A stretch of 62,792 nucleotides of DNA, counting the filler. It is 4 parts of 4 records of this genome, joined end to end, with 100 filler letters (N's around TTAATTAATTAA, not from the genome) between each part and the next. Parts side by side here need not be neighbours in the genome. Positions count along the whole stretch, not along the records: positions 1 to 20,264 come from SRR20825006_2396; 3 more parts are not named here. One strand, given 5' to 3'. The notes under the pieces were generated by a model that saw only the letters and a program-made list of their open reading frames with translations, was not told the origin of the DNA and made no database searches. A program made the translations under genes and the position numbers. This document shows, in pieces, positions 1 to 9,771 of this stretch; the first letter of the stretch is position 1, and each line of letters starts with the position of its first letter.

Positions 1-1
1 C

Positions 2-1444
2 GGTCAGCAGGTTGTTGAAGTCGTGCGCGATCCCTCCGGCGACGCGACCCACAACGTCCATTTTTTGGGCCTCGGCGAGCTGGGCTTGCATGGCGAGGCG
101 CTCGGTGACATCGCGCAGGATCACGGTGTTTCGCTCTTCACGCGAGGAGACGAGCGGTTCAGGGTTGGTGCTGCTCGAGACCTCGCAGATGACGCGCTCC
201 CCCGACTTATGCAGCCAGTAGAGCTCTCCCTGGAAGGTCTCTCCAGCGTCGCTCAGGTGATCTGGATCGAGAAAATCGCGCCAGCGTTGATCCTCGGGGT
301 CCCGGACGAGCGCGCATCCCGTCGCCTTGAGCTCCGCTTCGCTGTAGCCGAGCAGCTGACATGCGGCGGGGTTCGCGGCCAGGATCTCTCCGGTGGGACG
401 AACGAGCAGGATCCCATCGAGCGCCTCGAAGAAGAGCCTGCGGTAACGGTTCTCGGCCTCCTCCAACGAGAGCACTCGCAAAAGTTGAGCGTTGTAGTGG
501 TGGTCGATGAGCTCGATGATGCGTCGAATAAATGCTTCGTGGGGAGGGTCCCAGGGGAGCGCGTTCGAGCGCCCCAAAAGAAGATATCCCGTGCTATCAT
601 ACGAGTGACCCGAGGCTCCCGATGCGCCCAGGCGCGCGATAACAAGCTCGTTGCATCGCGTCGCTGCCTCCTCATCGAGGGCGATGCCTTCGACATCTGC
701 CACGGTGATATGGGCAATGCCGCTCGCGTCGAGGCGCTGTTCGATGTTCGACGCAGTGAGCCAGTCGCCAAACTTCGCGATGTCGATCTCGATGCCCGCG
801 CTCGATATCACGCGCCGGTCATCTGTCTTGTGCGAGAGGATCGCGAGGTGGCAGGGAACATCTGAGGAGCCTTCTAACCTGGCGCAAGCGTGTCGGATCG
901 CCTCGTCTGGTTCGATCTGCGATTGCGGCGAGGCGATGTGTTGGAGCAGCTCCTCTCGCCGCGTGCTCAGGACCTCATCGGTTGTCTCGATCGCTGTGGA
1001 GAGCACGCCCGCTACGGAGCCATCACGGCTGCGGATTGGCGAATAGGAGAACGTGAAGTAACACTCCTCGAGGAACCCTCGTCGAAAGAAGGGGAGGTAC
1101 ATGTTCTCTCGCTTGACCGCCTCGCCAGAGTGATAGACCCCTTCGATGAGGGGGCCTGCGAGAGCCCAGAGTTCTTCGAAGATCGTTGGCGCGGTTTGCC
1201 AGATGGCCGGGTGTTTCTCCTGCATGATCGGGATGTAGCCATCGTTGTAGAGGACGTGCAGATCGTCTCCCCAGCCGAGCATCATCGGGATGCTGGTGTC
1301 CAACATCAGGTTGACGTTCGCATGGAGCTCCGCGGGCCACGACTCGGGAGGACCGATCGCTGCCTCTTGCCAGTCAAATCCATCGAGACGTTTGGCCATC
1401 TCGGAGGATTGCGGGAAGTACCTGGGGTCTGAGTCTCGAGGCAT
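2..1444 (-). CDS. PAS-domain sensor histidine kinase, partial (runs off window start)
   Basis: Not in the ORF track because it has no stop in the window. Manual minus-strand translation from the ATG at 1444 gives [36 protein letters not shown]...[12 protein letters not shown] (N-terminal PAS-like domain), a second PAS ([25 protein letters not shown]) and the H-box [22 protein letters not shown] at the contig edge. Confidence 0.9.
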   Translation of the reverse strand, partial: MPRDSDPRYFPQSSEMAKRLDGFDWQEAAIGPPESWPAELHANVNLMLDTSIPMMLGWGDDLHVLYNDGYIPIMQEKHPAIWQTAPTIFEELWALAGPLIEGVYHSGEAVKRENMYLPFFRRGFLEECYFTFSYSPIRSRDGSVAGVLSTAIETTDEVLSTRREELLQHIASPQSQIEPDEAIRHACARLEGSSDVPCHLAILSHKTDDRRVISSAGIEIDIAKFGDWLTASNIEQRLDASGIAHITVADVEGIALDEEAATRCNELVIARLGASGASGHSYDSTGYLLLGRSNALPWDPPHEAFIRRIIELIDHHYNAQLLRVLSLEEAENRYRRLFFEALDGILLVRPTGEILAANPAACQLLGYSEAELKATGCALVRDPEDQRWRDFLDPDHLSDAGETFQGELYWLHKSGERVICEVSSSTNPEPLVSSREERNTVILRDVTERLAMQAQLAEAQKMDVVGRVAGGIAHDFNNLLT

Positions 1445-1626
1445 GAGAAGCTCGCTGGAATATCTTGTCAGGGGAGTCTCTAAAGACACGAATAACACGG
1501 AGCTTCGGTTGGGCGCAAAGAGCAGCGGTCGTCATGAGGATCGATTGTCTTCTGTTCAACCGTGCTTCGGGGGTATACAAACGAGCAGTGTTTTTGTGTC
1601 GTGAATTGTGATGGCGAGGTGGTGAG

Positions 1627-2247
1627 ATGAACACCGAGAGCGTGGACGCTTACATCGAGGATGGGTGCGGCCGATGTGACCTTTATAGGACGGCGGACTG
1701 TAAGGTTCTTTTATGGACCGATGCTCTGGTGGCGCTGCGCCAGATGCTCCTCGAGACCGAGCTCGAAGAAGAGATGAAGTGGGGTGTCCCCTGTTACACA
1801 CTCGATGGGAAGAACGTGCTCATGATGACCTCGTTTCGCCGGGGGTGCGCGCTCAGTTTCTTCAAGGGCGCGGCGTTCGATGATCCTGAAGGCTTGCTCA
1901 CGAAGCCAGGTCCGAACTCGCGCTATGCGCGCCTGCTCGAGTTCACCTCTCTCGAACAGGTCGAGTCCCTACGCGAGCAAACCGAGGCGTTTATCCAGGT
2001 CGCCATCCAGGCCGAACGCGATGGCGTCGAGGTCGTCGTGGAGGACGACGAGCCGATGCCAGAAGAGCTCGAGCGACGCCTGGCCACGGACGCTGACCTC
2101 GCTGACGCTTTCGAGAAGCTGACGCCCGGTCGCCAGCGAAGCCACATCCTCCATATCTCAGGCGCCAAACAGAGCGCCACGCGCGAGCGGCGCGTCGAGA
2201 AGTGCGCCCCGAAAATCATCGCCGGCAAGGGCTTCAACGAGCGGTGA
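1627..2247 (+). CDS. YdeI/OmpD-associated family protein (DUF1801 + OmdA)
   Basis: EEMKWGVPCYT...LSFFKGA and C-terminal AFEKLTPGRQRSHILHISGAKQSATRERR motifs; RBS GAGGTGG. Confidence 0.9.
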   Translation: MNTESVDAYIEDGCGRCDLYRTADCKVLLWTDALVALRQMLLETELEEEMKWGVPCYTLDGKNVLMMTSFRRGCALSFFKGAAFDDPEGLLTKPGPNSRYARLLEFTSLEQVESLREQTEAFIQVAIQAERDGVEVVVEDDEPMPEELERRLATDADLADAFEKLTPGRQRSHILHISGAKQSATRERRVEKCAPKIIAGKGFNER

Positions 2248-2376
2248 TTCTCACTCACTCATCGTAGACTACAGCCCACCCGAAAGCGCTTTCATATCGA
2301 GCTATTTCGATGAAGCCTTTCGAACGCATCGCGCATACTCAGAGCAGTGAAGTTGCTCGAGCAAAAGAGATGCGTG

Positions 2377-2811
2377 ATGACGAAGAGGCGAAGCTGGGTC
2401 GAGGCGGCCTGGGATTTCACCAAGGGGTCCTCGGGGATGCCGTGGCATTTGCAGGTCTGGGTGACGCTCCTCGGCGGGACCAACCTGCTCGGCGGGCTTT
2501 ACTTCATCCGTGAGGTCGAGGGGCAGGTCGTGCTCGGCACCTTCCTCGTATCACTGCTGTTGATGACCGCCGTGATCAAATATACGGGCTTCGGTCGGCT
2601 GGTTGGCGCCGGGCACATCGTCTGGGTGCCGATGATCGGATACCTGCTCTGGGTCCTCTCGTCGGTCGAGGTTTACCAGCCATTACACTGCTGGCTTATC
2701 GCCATCATCGCGCTCGATACGATCTCACTCGCGCTCGATGCCTACAGCACCGTGCTCTACGTTCGCGGTGATCGAGAAGACCACACCCCGGAGCGGTTGT
2801 TCGGGCGTTGA
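2377..2811 (+). CDS. hypothetical multi-pass membrane protein
   Basis: 4-5 hydrophobic segments; start uncertain (2347/2374/2377). Confidence 0.65.
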   Translation: MTKRRSWVEAAWDFTKGSSGMPWHLQVWVTLLGGTNLLGGLYFIREVEGQVVLGTFLVSLLLMTAVIKYTGFGRLVGAGHIVWVPMIGYLLWVLSSVEVYQPLHCWLIAIIALDTISLALDAYSTVLYVRGDREDHTPERLFGR

Positions 2812-2831
2812 TTTCTGCGGGAGCGGCGGTT

Positions 2832-2937
2832 GCCGAGCGTGGAGAGGGGCCGAGATATTTTGCTGTAGGACGAGTCGATTTCGACCCACAGCAAAATATC
2901 TCGGCCCCTCTCCACGCGCGCCGCTTCGTCGTGAATC
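2832..2937 (-). repeat. long-hairpin intergenic element, copy 1
   Basis: Perfect 30-bp arms 2837-2866/2888-2917; minus-strand flanks GATTCACGACGAAGCGGCGCGC...GCTCGGCA resemble copies at 18690 and 51495. Confidence 0.75.
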
Positions 2938-2965
2938 TCGAGACCGCGAGCCTCGCTGTGATGCC

Positions 2966-5900
2966 TCAGGGCGAGCAGTCCCTCACATCCCCCGAGATTA
3001 TCCAGCCGTGCGTGTTGACGAGCGCGTTGCGCGCGACCTCTCCGGCGCAGTACTCGAGCCCCGATGCGCCGAGCGGCACGTTTTGCGGCGTGTTGACGAG
3101 CGCCTCCCAGCCGATCAGTGTGGCGTCGTAGCTCGCGCGGCTCATGCCGCTGTTCTCGAGCATACGGCTCATGTCCGTCACGCTCGAGATGTTCCAGGTT
3201 GCCATGCTCTGATCGTAGACCGCGGCGTTCAGGAACATCCGGTCCATGTTGCTGACCATCGAGACGTTCCAGGTCGAGATGTCCTGATCGAACAGGATGG
3301 CAAACGCGAACATCGTCTCCATGTCCGTCACCCTCGAGACGTTCCACATATCGAGCGGCTGGTTAAACGCCCTGGCGCCAGAGAACATCCCCCTCATTGT
3401 CGTCACGTTCGAGACGTTCCACTGGCTGATCGGCTGATCGAACGCCAGCGTGGATTGGAACATGTCCGACATGTCCGTGACTGCAGAGACCGTCCAGTTC
3501 GAGATATCCTGGTTAAACGCCACCGCTGCGCTGAACATGCGCGACATGTCCGTGACCTGCGAGACATCCCATGTGCCGAGCGGTTGATCGAAGCTCGTGG
3601 CGCCAGCAAACAGCGACCCCATGTCCGTGATCTGCGCCACGTTCCAGGAGGAGAGCGGCCTGTTAAACGAGGACGCGCCCTCGAACACGCTCTGCAACGA
3701 GGTCACCTGCGGGAAGCTCCACATGCCCACCGGTCGGTCAAACGAGCTCGCCAGCGCGAACATCGCCTCCATATCCGTCACGCCCGTCATATCCCACTGG
3801 TTCACCGTCCCATTGAACGCCTGCGCGTTAAAGAACATGCGGTTGGTCGAGGCGACGTTGGCCATGCTCCACGAGCCGAGATCCTGGTTAAACGAGGTCG
3901 CCGAGTCGAACATATTCGCCATGGTCGTCACCTGCGCGGTGTTCCACGTATCGAGCGGCTGGTTAAAGCTCGAGGCGTTGCGGAACATGCTCGACATGTC
4001 CGTGACCATCGCGGTGTTCCACGTGTTCAGCGGCTGGTTAAAGCTCGATGCTCCAGAGAACATCTGACGCATGTCCACCACCATCGCCGTGTTCCAACTT
4101 CCCACAGGTCGATCAAAGCTCGCCGCGCCAAAGAACATCGAGCGCATGTCCGTCACGCGCGAGGTGTCCCATCCGTTGACCGCGCCGTTAAAGTTTGTGG
4201 CGCCAAAGAACATCGCGTTCATCGTCGTGACCTGCGATGTGTCCCACATATCGAGCGGCTGATTGAACGAGGTCGCCTGATAGAACGCCTGCGACATCGC
4301 GGTGATCCTGGAGGTATCCCAGTGATCGATGTTGTCATCGAGCGCGCTCGCGCCAGCAAAGATCTGGTGCATGCTCGTCGCGTTCGTCAGATCGGGAGCG
4401 TCGGTGGCGTTGATCCTCAGGTTCTTGCAGCCAAAGAACGCCGCGTCCATCGACGCCCACTGGATCGACCCCCACTGATCCACGCTGAGTAGCTTCTCCT
4501 TGTCGCCGCCGTTGCCAAACCGAATCGTCGGGAACTGCCCGCGGATGCGGATCGTGTGCGTCCCTGTGGTGGGGAAAGTGTGCGTCACCGAACCTGTGAT
4601 GTTCGACTGATCGAAGACGCCATCGTTGTCCCAATCGACCTCGTAGTCGTAGGTGCCCGCGCCTGTGGGGATCGTGATCTGGTTTGGCAGTGAAGTACCA
4701 GGGTTATCCGTCTTCCACGTGGTGACGAAGTCATCGAGCGGCGAGATGCCGCAATCTTCCATGTCGCCATCGATGGTCCACTGGTTGCTGTTTAGCAGGA
4801 GCGTTCTCGCGGGTTCAGCGGCGCAGTAGGTCAGCCCCTGCGCGCCGAGCGCGACGTTCGAGTTGAGGACAGGCTGGCTCTGCCAGCCGATGAGCGTCGC
4901 GTCGTAGTTTGCCTGCGAGAGCGCCGTGCCATCGAGCATGTCCGCGGCATCGGTCAGGCTGCTCACGTCCCACATCCCGAGGTCTTGATCGAAGATCGCG
5001 GCGCCAGCGAACATCGCGTTCATCGTCGTCACATCACCCGTATCCCAGAGGTCGAGCGTCTGGTTAAACGCCAGCGCATCCCTGAACATCCCGCTGGCGT
5101 TCGTCAGGCTGGCGGTGTCCCAGTTGTTCAACGGCTGATTAAAGGTCGTCGCGCCCGAGAACATGTTCTGCGCGTTGGAGACCTGCGAGACATCCCAGCT
5201 ATCCAGCGGTCGGTTAAACGAGACGGCGTCCTCGAACATGCTCGCGCTGTTGGTAAGGCTCGTGGTGATCCAGCCGTTTAGCGGCTGGTTAAACGAGGTC
5301 GCGCGGGCGAACATGCTCGACATGTTCGTGACCTGTGAGACATCCCAGCTGTCGAGCGGTTGGTTGTAGGCGATGGCGCCAGCGAACATGCTGTTGGTCG
5401 CGGTCATGCTCGAGGTGTCCCAGCTGTCGATGTCCTGGTCGAAGAGGATCGCGTCCTCGAACATGCTGTTGGCGAGCACCACGTTCGAGGTGTCCCAGGC
5501 ATCGAGCGGCTGATTAAAGCTCGACGCGTTCTGGAAGGTCGAGCTCGTGAACTGCAAGCTGGTGGTCGTCCAACTGTTCAGTGGCTGGTTAAACGCGATG
5601 GCGTCCTTGAACATGTTCGACATGTCGGTGACCTGCGAGACATCCCATTGATCGAGCGGTTGATCGAAGGCGATCGCGCTGTCGAACATCCCCGCCATGT
5701 CCGTCACGCTCGAGGTGTCCCACATCCCGAGCGGTTGGTTAAACGCCAGCGCTCCCGAGAACATCCCCCGCGTCGTCGTCACGTTCGAGATGTCCCAGTT
5801 GTTCAGCGGGCGGTTAAAGAGCGTGTCCGAGAACGTACGCCGCATATCGGTCACGTTCGAGACATCCCAGGCGCTCGCGTCGAAGTCCACGAGCACGGCG

Positions 5901-7903
5901 CTCTCGAACATGGCGAACATGCTCGTCACGTTCGTCAGGTCGGGCGCATCGGTCGCGAGCACCTCGAGGTTAGTGCATCCCCAGAACGCCTCGGACATCG
6001 ACTCCCACTGGATCGCGCCCCACTGATCGATGCTGAGGAGCTTCTCCTTGTCACCGCCGTTGGCGAACCTCATATGCGGGAACTGCCCGCGGATGCGGAT
6101 CGTGCGAACACCTGGCAGGCCGATGAATTCGTGCGTGATCGATCCGGTGACCCCGGTCTCCTCGAAGTAGCCGTCGTTGTTCCAGTCGACGTCGTAGTTA
6201 AACGTGCCGTTGCCTGCGGGTATCGTGATCTCGTCGACCTCTGAAACCCCAGGGTTGTCCGTCTTCCAGGTGAGCACGAGGTCATCGAGCCTGGCGGGGA
6301 GGTTCGTGCAATCTCGCGTATCACCGAACATGACCCAGTTGTACGTCGACTGTAACCTCCCGCGCGCGGCGTCAGCGTCACAGTAGGTTAACCCGAACGC
6401 GCTGAAGCCGATCGAGGTCGGCGTGTTCGCCAACCCCTCCCAGCCGATAAGCGTCGCGTCATAGTTTGTCGTCGAGATGCTCGTCCCGGTCAGAAGTCGA
6501 TTGAGCACCGTCACCGACTCGATGTTCCAGTCCCCCAGTGATTGATCGAAAGAGGACGCCCCGAGGAACATGTCGAACATGTTCGTCACGTTCGAGACGT
6601 CCCACTGATCGAGCGGCTGGTTAAAGCTCGTGGTGTTGCGAAACATCAGCGCCATGTTCGTCACACTCGAGACATCCCAACTGTTCAACGGCTGATTAAA
6701 GCTCGATGCGCCCAGGAACATCCCATCCATGGTGGACACGCTCGAGGTGTCCCAGGCGCTGATATTCTGGTCGAACGAGGACGCGTCAGAGAACGTGTAG
6801 GTGAGGTTGGTGACGTTGGAGGTGTCCCATTGATCGAGCGGCTGGTTAAAGCTCGAGGCCCGCTGGAACATGCGCTCCATGTTTGTCACGCTCGAGGTGT
6901 CCCAGGCGTTCAGTGGGCGGTCGAAGCTGCTCGCCAGGAAGAACATGTAGGACATGTCGGTGACCTGCGAGACGTCCCATTGATCGAGCGGCTGATCGAA
7001 CGAGGTCGCCTCGGCGAAGACGCGCGACATATCCGTCACGCTCGAGGTGTCCCACACCCCGACAGGTTGATCGAACGCGGACGCCCCAGAGAACGCGGAG
7101 CGAAGCGTCGTCACATTCGAGACATCCCAGGCGCTGATATCCTGATCGAAGGCGCGCGCGCCGACGAAGATCCCGTGCATGTTCGTGACGTTGGAGACAT
7201 CCCACGTGGTCACGTCACCGTTAAACGAGGTCGAGCCGTTAAACAGGTGGCTCATGTCCGTCACGTTGGAGACATCCCATTGCGAGAGATCCGCGTTCAC
7301 GCGCGCGGCCTTCCAGAACATCCACGACATGTCCGTCACGTTGCTCAGGTCAGGCACGTCGGTGGCGTTGATTTGCAGGTTGTCGCATCGCGAGAACATA
7401 TGACTCATCGATCCCCACTGGATCGCGCCCCATTGATCCACGCTGACGAGCTTGTGGGATTCGGCCAGCGGCACGGTGCTAAAGTCCATATGCGGGAACT
7501 GCCCGCGAATGCGGATCGTGTACGTCCCCGTGCTCACCATCGCCCTCGATGTCGGCCCCGTCACACCGAGCTCGTCGAAGACGCCGTCGTTGTCCCAGTC
7601 CACGTCGTAGTTAAACGTGCCGCTCCCCGTCGGGATAGGAATGCGCGTGTTCGGGATCAACCCCGAAGACGTCAGGTTATACGTCAGCACCAGATCATCG
7701 GTTGGCGCATAGCTCGTCAGGTCCGGGAGCCCGAGATCTGCGGGCGTGAGCATATCTGGAGGGCCATTGCCAGGTCCCATATCGCCGGGGTTGCCCATAT
7801 CGGTGGGGTTGCCGCCCGAGGGGTTGCAACCTGTCGCCAGGAGGAGCCCGGCGAGCAACGAGGTCAGCGAAAGGAGCGCGGCGTTGTATCGTGAGGTGCT
7901 CAT
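2966..7903 (-). CDS. BspA/DUF285 repeat surface lipoprotein, three tandem modules
   Basis: Lipobox LLATGC; about 25-aa repeats FNQPLxxWDxSxVTDMxxMF; three cap+array+NYDATLIGW...GDxxDC modules. Confidence 0.92.
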   Translation of the reverse strand: MSTSRYNAALLSLTSLLAGLLLATGCNPSGGNPTDMGNPGDMGPGNGPPDMLTPADLGLPDLTSYAPTDDLVLTYNLTSSGLIPNTRIPIPTGSGTFNYDVDWDNDGVFDELGVTGPTSRAMVSTGTYTIRIRGQFPHMDFSTVPLAESHKLVSVDQWGAIQWGSMSHMFSRCDNLQINATDVPDLSNVTDMSWMFWKAARVNADLSQWDVSNVTDMSHLFNGSTSFNGDVTTWDVSNVTNMHGIFVGARAFDQDISAWDVSNVTTLRSAFSGASAFDQPVGVWDTSSVTDMSRVFAEATSFDQPLDQWDVSQVTDMSYMFFLASSFDRPLNAWDTSSVTNMERMFQRASSFNQPLDQWDTSNVTNLTYTFSDASSFDQNISAWDTSSVSTMDGMFLGASSFNQPLNSWDVSSVTNMALMFRNTTSFNQPLDQWDVSNVTNMFDMFLGASSFDQSLGDWNIESVTVLNRLLTGTSISTTNYDATLIGWEGLANTPTSIGFSAFGLTYCDADAARGRLQSTYNWVMFGDTRDCTNLPARLDDLVLTWKTDNPGVSEVDEITIPAGNGTFNYDVDWNNDGYFEETGVTGSITHEFIGLPGVRTIRIRGQFPHMRFANGGDKEKLLSIDQWGAIQWESMSEAFWGCTNLEVLATDAPDLTNVTSMFAMFESAVLVDFDASAWDVSNVTDMRRTFSDTLFNRPLNNWDISNVTTTRGMFSGALAFNQPLGMWDTSSVTDMAGMFDSAIAFDQPLDQWDVSQVTDMSNMFKDAIAFNQPLNSWTTTSLQFTSSTFQNASSFNQPLDAWDTSNVVLANSMFEDAILFDQDIDSWDTSSMTATNSMFAGAIAYNQPLDSWDVSQVTNMSSMFARATSFNQPLNGWITTSLTNSASMFEDAVSFNRPLDSWDVSQVSNAQNMFSGATTFNQPLNNWDTASLTNASGMFRDALAFNQTLDLWDTGDVTTMNAMFAGAAIFDQDLGMWDVSSLTDAADMLDGTALSQANYDATLIGWQSQPVLNSNVALGAQGLTYCAAEPARTLLLNSNQWTIDGDMEDCGISPLDDFVTTWKTDNPGTSLPNQITIPTGAGTYDYEVDWDNDGVFDQSNITGSVTHTFPTTGTHTIRIRGQFPTIRFGNGGDKEKLLSVDQWGSIQWASMDAAFFGCKNLRINATDAPDLTNATSMHQIFAGASALDDNIDHWDTSRITAMSQAFYQATSFNQPLDMWDTSQVTTMNAMFFGATNFNGAVNGWDTSRVTDMRSMFFGAASFDRPVGSWNTAMVVDMRQMFSGASSFNQPLNTWNTAMVTDMSSMFRNASSFNQPLDTWNTAQVTTMANMFDSATSFNQDLGSWSMANVASTNRMFFNAQAFNGTVNQWDMTGVTDMEAMFALASSFDRPVGMWSFPQVTSLQSVFEGASSFNRPLSSWNVAQITDMGSLFAGATSFDQPLGTWDVSQVTDMSRMFSAAVAFNQDISNWTVSAVTDMSDMFQSTLAFDQPISQWNVSNVTTMRGMFSGARAFNQPLDMWNVSRVTDMETMFAFAILFDQDISTWNVSMVSNMDRMFLNAAVYDQSMATWNISSVTDMSRMLENSGMSRASYDATLIGWEALVNTPQNVPLGASGLEYCAGEVARNALVNTHGWIISGDVRDCSP

Positions 7904-8111
7904 GGAAAGCCTTTGGGCCATGCGTGGTGGCAAAAGAAAACCCGCTCCCCAACACGTGGTTTAGAGGAGCGGGTCGGCCTTGTTTGTATCAACACATATT
8001 CGCGCGCGCGAGCACCGCGAGCGCGATATGGGATAAATGTGGGAAGGTGTGCGTGAGGCAGTTCACGCTTTATTTCCGAATGCTTACATTGCTTCGGTTA
8101 ACTCGCGTCAG

Positions 8112-9566
8112 TCACTTCGCTGGCAGGTCATGTGAGGTCGGCTCGGCTTCCGCTGCGTCGTTGAGATCGTGACGCACCACCGAGATGATGTCGTAGACCA
8201 TACGACGCGCGCGGTTGATGTTCCCGAGCGGTCGATGCTCGGGGAGCGTATGCCACGGGTTAAAGCTCAGGTGCTCGCAGAACTCGTCTTGCTCTGGCGA
8301 GTCGAACTCCTGCATCGGGACGGTGATACGCGCGACGGTGATAAATGGCGAGTCGTCCTCGTCCCACTCGACGGTGGCATCCTCGATCGGCATCTCGGCC
8401 GCGTCGAGCTGGCGCTGCACCATGAGCTCGAAGCAGCCATCGATCTGGGTCAGGTGCACGCCCAACGAATCTCGCATCAGGTCTGGCCCGTCACTGTCGA
8501 GGTATCCTTCCAGCTCCTCGCCATAGCAAGGCTTGGCGCTGTATTTGACCGCGCCAGCCTCGCCCAGCTTGTAGGGCGTGGTGCTCCAGTAGCGCGCCTG
8601 CAGCGGGTTTCGAGGTTGCTTGTTCACGATCCCCAGCAGGTTCGAGAGCTCGCGCCACTTCACCTCGGCGGGGTTCAGGCTCAGGAAGAACGTCACAGGG
8701 TTGCCGTCGAAGGTCTTCTCGGCGAGCTCGACGTAATCTTGTGGTGTGCGCACGAACATGGTGGGGCCGTTGATCAGCAGAAAATCCACCGTCTCCTGGT
8801 CGCGATGCTTCTCGGTGATCTTCTCGCCGGGCACGCCCATCAACTTGATGGCCATCCCGCGCACGTCGCCCACGTCATCGCTCTGGATGACGAACGAGCC
8901 GTTGCTAAAGCGAATCCAGGCGGGATACGTCTCGGCCTCCTGGAAAACGCCGACGCGCTCTTCTTCACGGAGATTGTCTGGTGTCACCTCGACGAACGCC
9001 TTGACGCAACCGTGCGCCTTGGCGTGAGCGTCGCGGTGCGCGATGCCATTCTCCATGAACTTCTTCTCGACCTCGAGCGAGGCGCGCGAGGAGATCTGCT
9101 CGGTGGCAACCTGCTCGCCAGGAAGGAGCACCTCTTCGCCAATCGCCAGGCAGTAGCTCTCCTGACGCTCGCGAGCATAGGAGCTCAGGCCGCGGAAGGT
9201 GAAGAAGCCCACGTTCGAGACCTCGTCGAGCTGATCGAGGCTCTCGAAGAGGACGTCATCCTCAGTGCCAGCTTTGCCATCTGGTCCCAGGCGATAGGCG
9301 TGGATGTTGCCAGCAGGCGTCGAGTGCACCGCGTCCTGCAACACATCGAGCGAGGCGGTGTTCACGAGCTTCAGGACGCACAGTGCTTCCCAGCTCATCT
9401 CCTCGATGAACGCCGCGTCTGCCTTCCCCTCGGGTTGATCGAGGAAGGAGTCTTGCTCGGCATCGGGCGGCGGTCCTTCGTCGGGTTCTGCGGATGGTGT
9501 GCACGCGACGAGAGCGAGCGCGAACAGGGATGTCAGCAGGGCAGGGGAGTTGATGTGGTCGAACAT
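8112..9566 (-). CDS. catalase-like heme lipoprotein with N-terminal helix-hairpin-helix-like domain
   Basis: Lipobox ALVAC, GKAD motif, RDAHAKAHGC (distal His), RFSNG, DVRGMAIKL, FNPWHTLPEHRPLGNINRARRMVY (proximal Tyr); RBS GAGGA before the ATG at 9566. Confidence 0.85.
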   Translation of the reverse strand: MFDHINSPALLTSLFALALVACTPSAEPDEGPPPDAEQDSFLDQPEGKADAAFIEEMSWEALCVLKLVNTASLDVLQDAVHSTPAGNIHAYRLGPDGKAGTEDDVLFESLDQLDEVSNVGFFTFRGLSSYARERQESYCLAIGEEVLLPGEQVATEQISSRASLEVEKKFMENGIAHRDAHAKAHGCVKAFVEVTPDNLREEERVGVFQEAETYPAWIRFSNGSFVIQSDDVGDVRGMAIKLMGVPGEKITEKHRDQETVDFLLINGPTMFVRTPQDYVELAEKTFDGNPVTFFLSLNPAEVKWRELSNLLGIVNKQPRNPLQARYWSTTPYKLGEAGAVKYSAKPCYGEELEGYLDSDGPDLMRDSLGVHLTQIDGCFELMVQRQLDAAEMPIEDATVEWDEDDSPFITVARITVPMQEFDSPEQDEFCEHLSFNPWHTLPEHRPLGNINRARRMVYDIISVVRHDLNDAAEAEPTSHDLPAK

Positions 9567-9771
9567 GGGGTCCTCTCGCTGGCAGCGATGGCCAGAGGTG
9601 GAGAGCGTTTGGCGTCGATGCGAGCACGCTAGCCTCAATGCAATCGGGAGTCAAAGCGCAGGTTTAGGCGATGCTTTTTTGGTTTTCCATAACGCATCTC
9701 TTGCAAACCGATTGACCGTGTGCGGCATCTGTTTCATCCTCACGACTCTCCCAAAGATCGCAGCCGAGGTC

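Noticed and set aside
2966-7400. 75-bp periodic DNA repeats resembling a CRISPR array
   Set aside because: In-frame coding repeats with no unique spacers; no cas genes in the window
2738-7894. Long plus-strand ORFs (2738-4492, 5360-6244, 6542-7894) with H/V/R-rich repeats
   Set aside because: Antisense shadows of the repetitive GC-rich DUF285 gene
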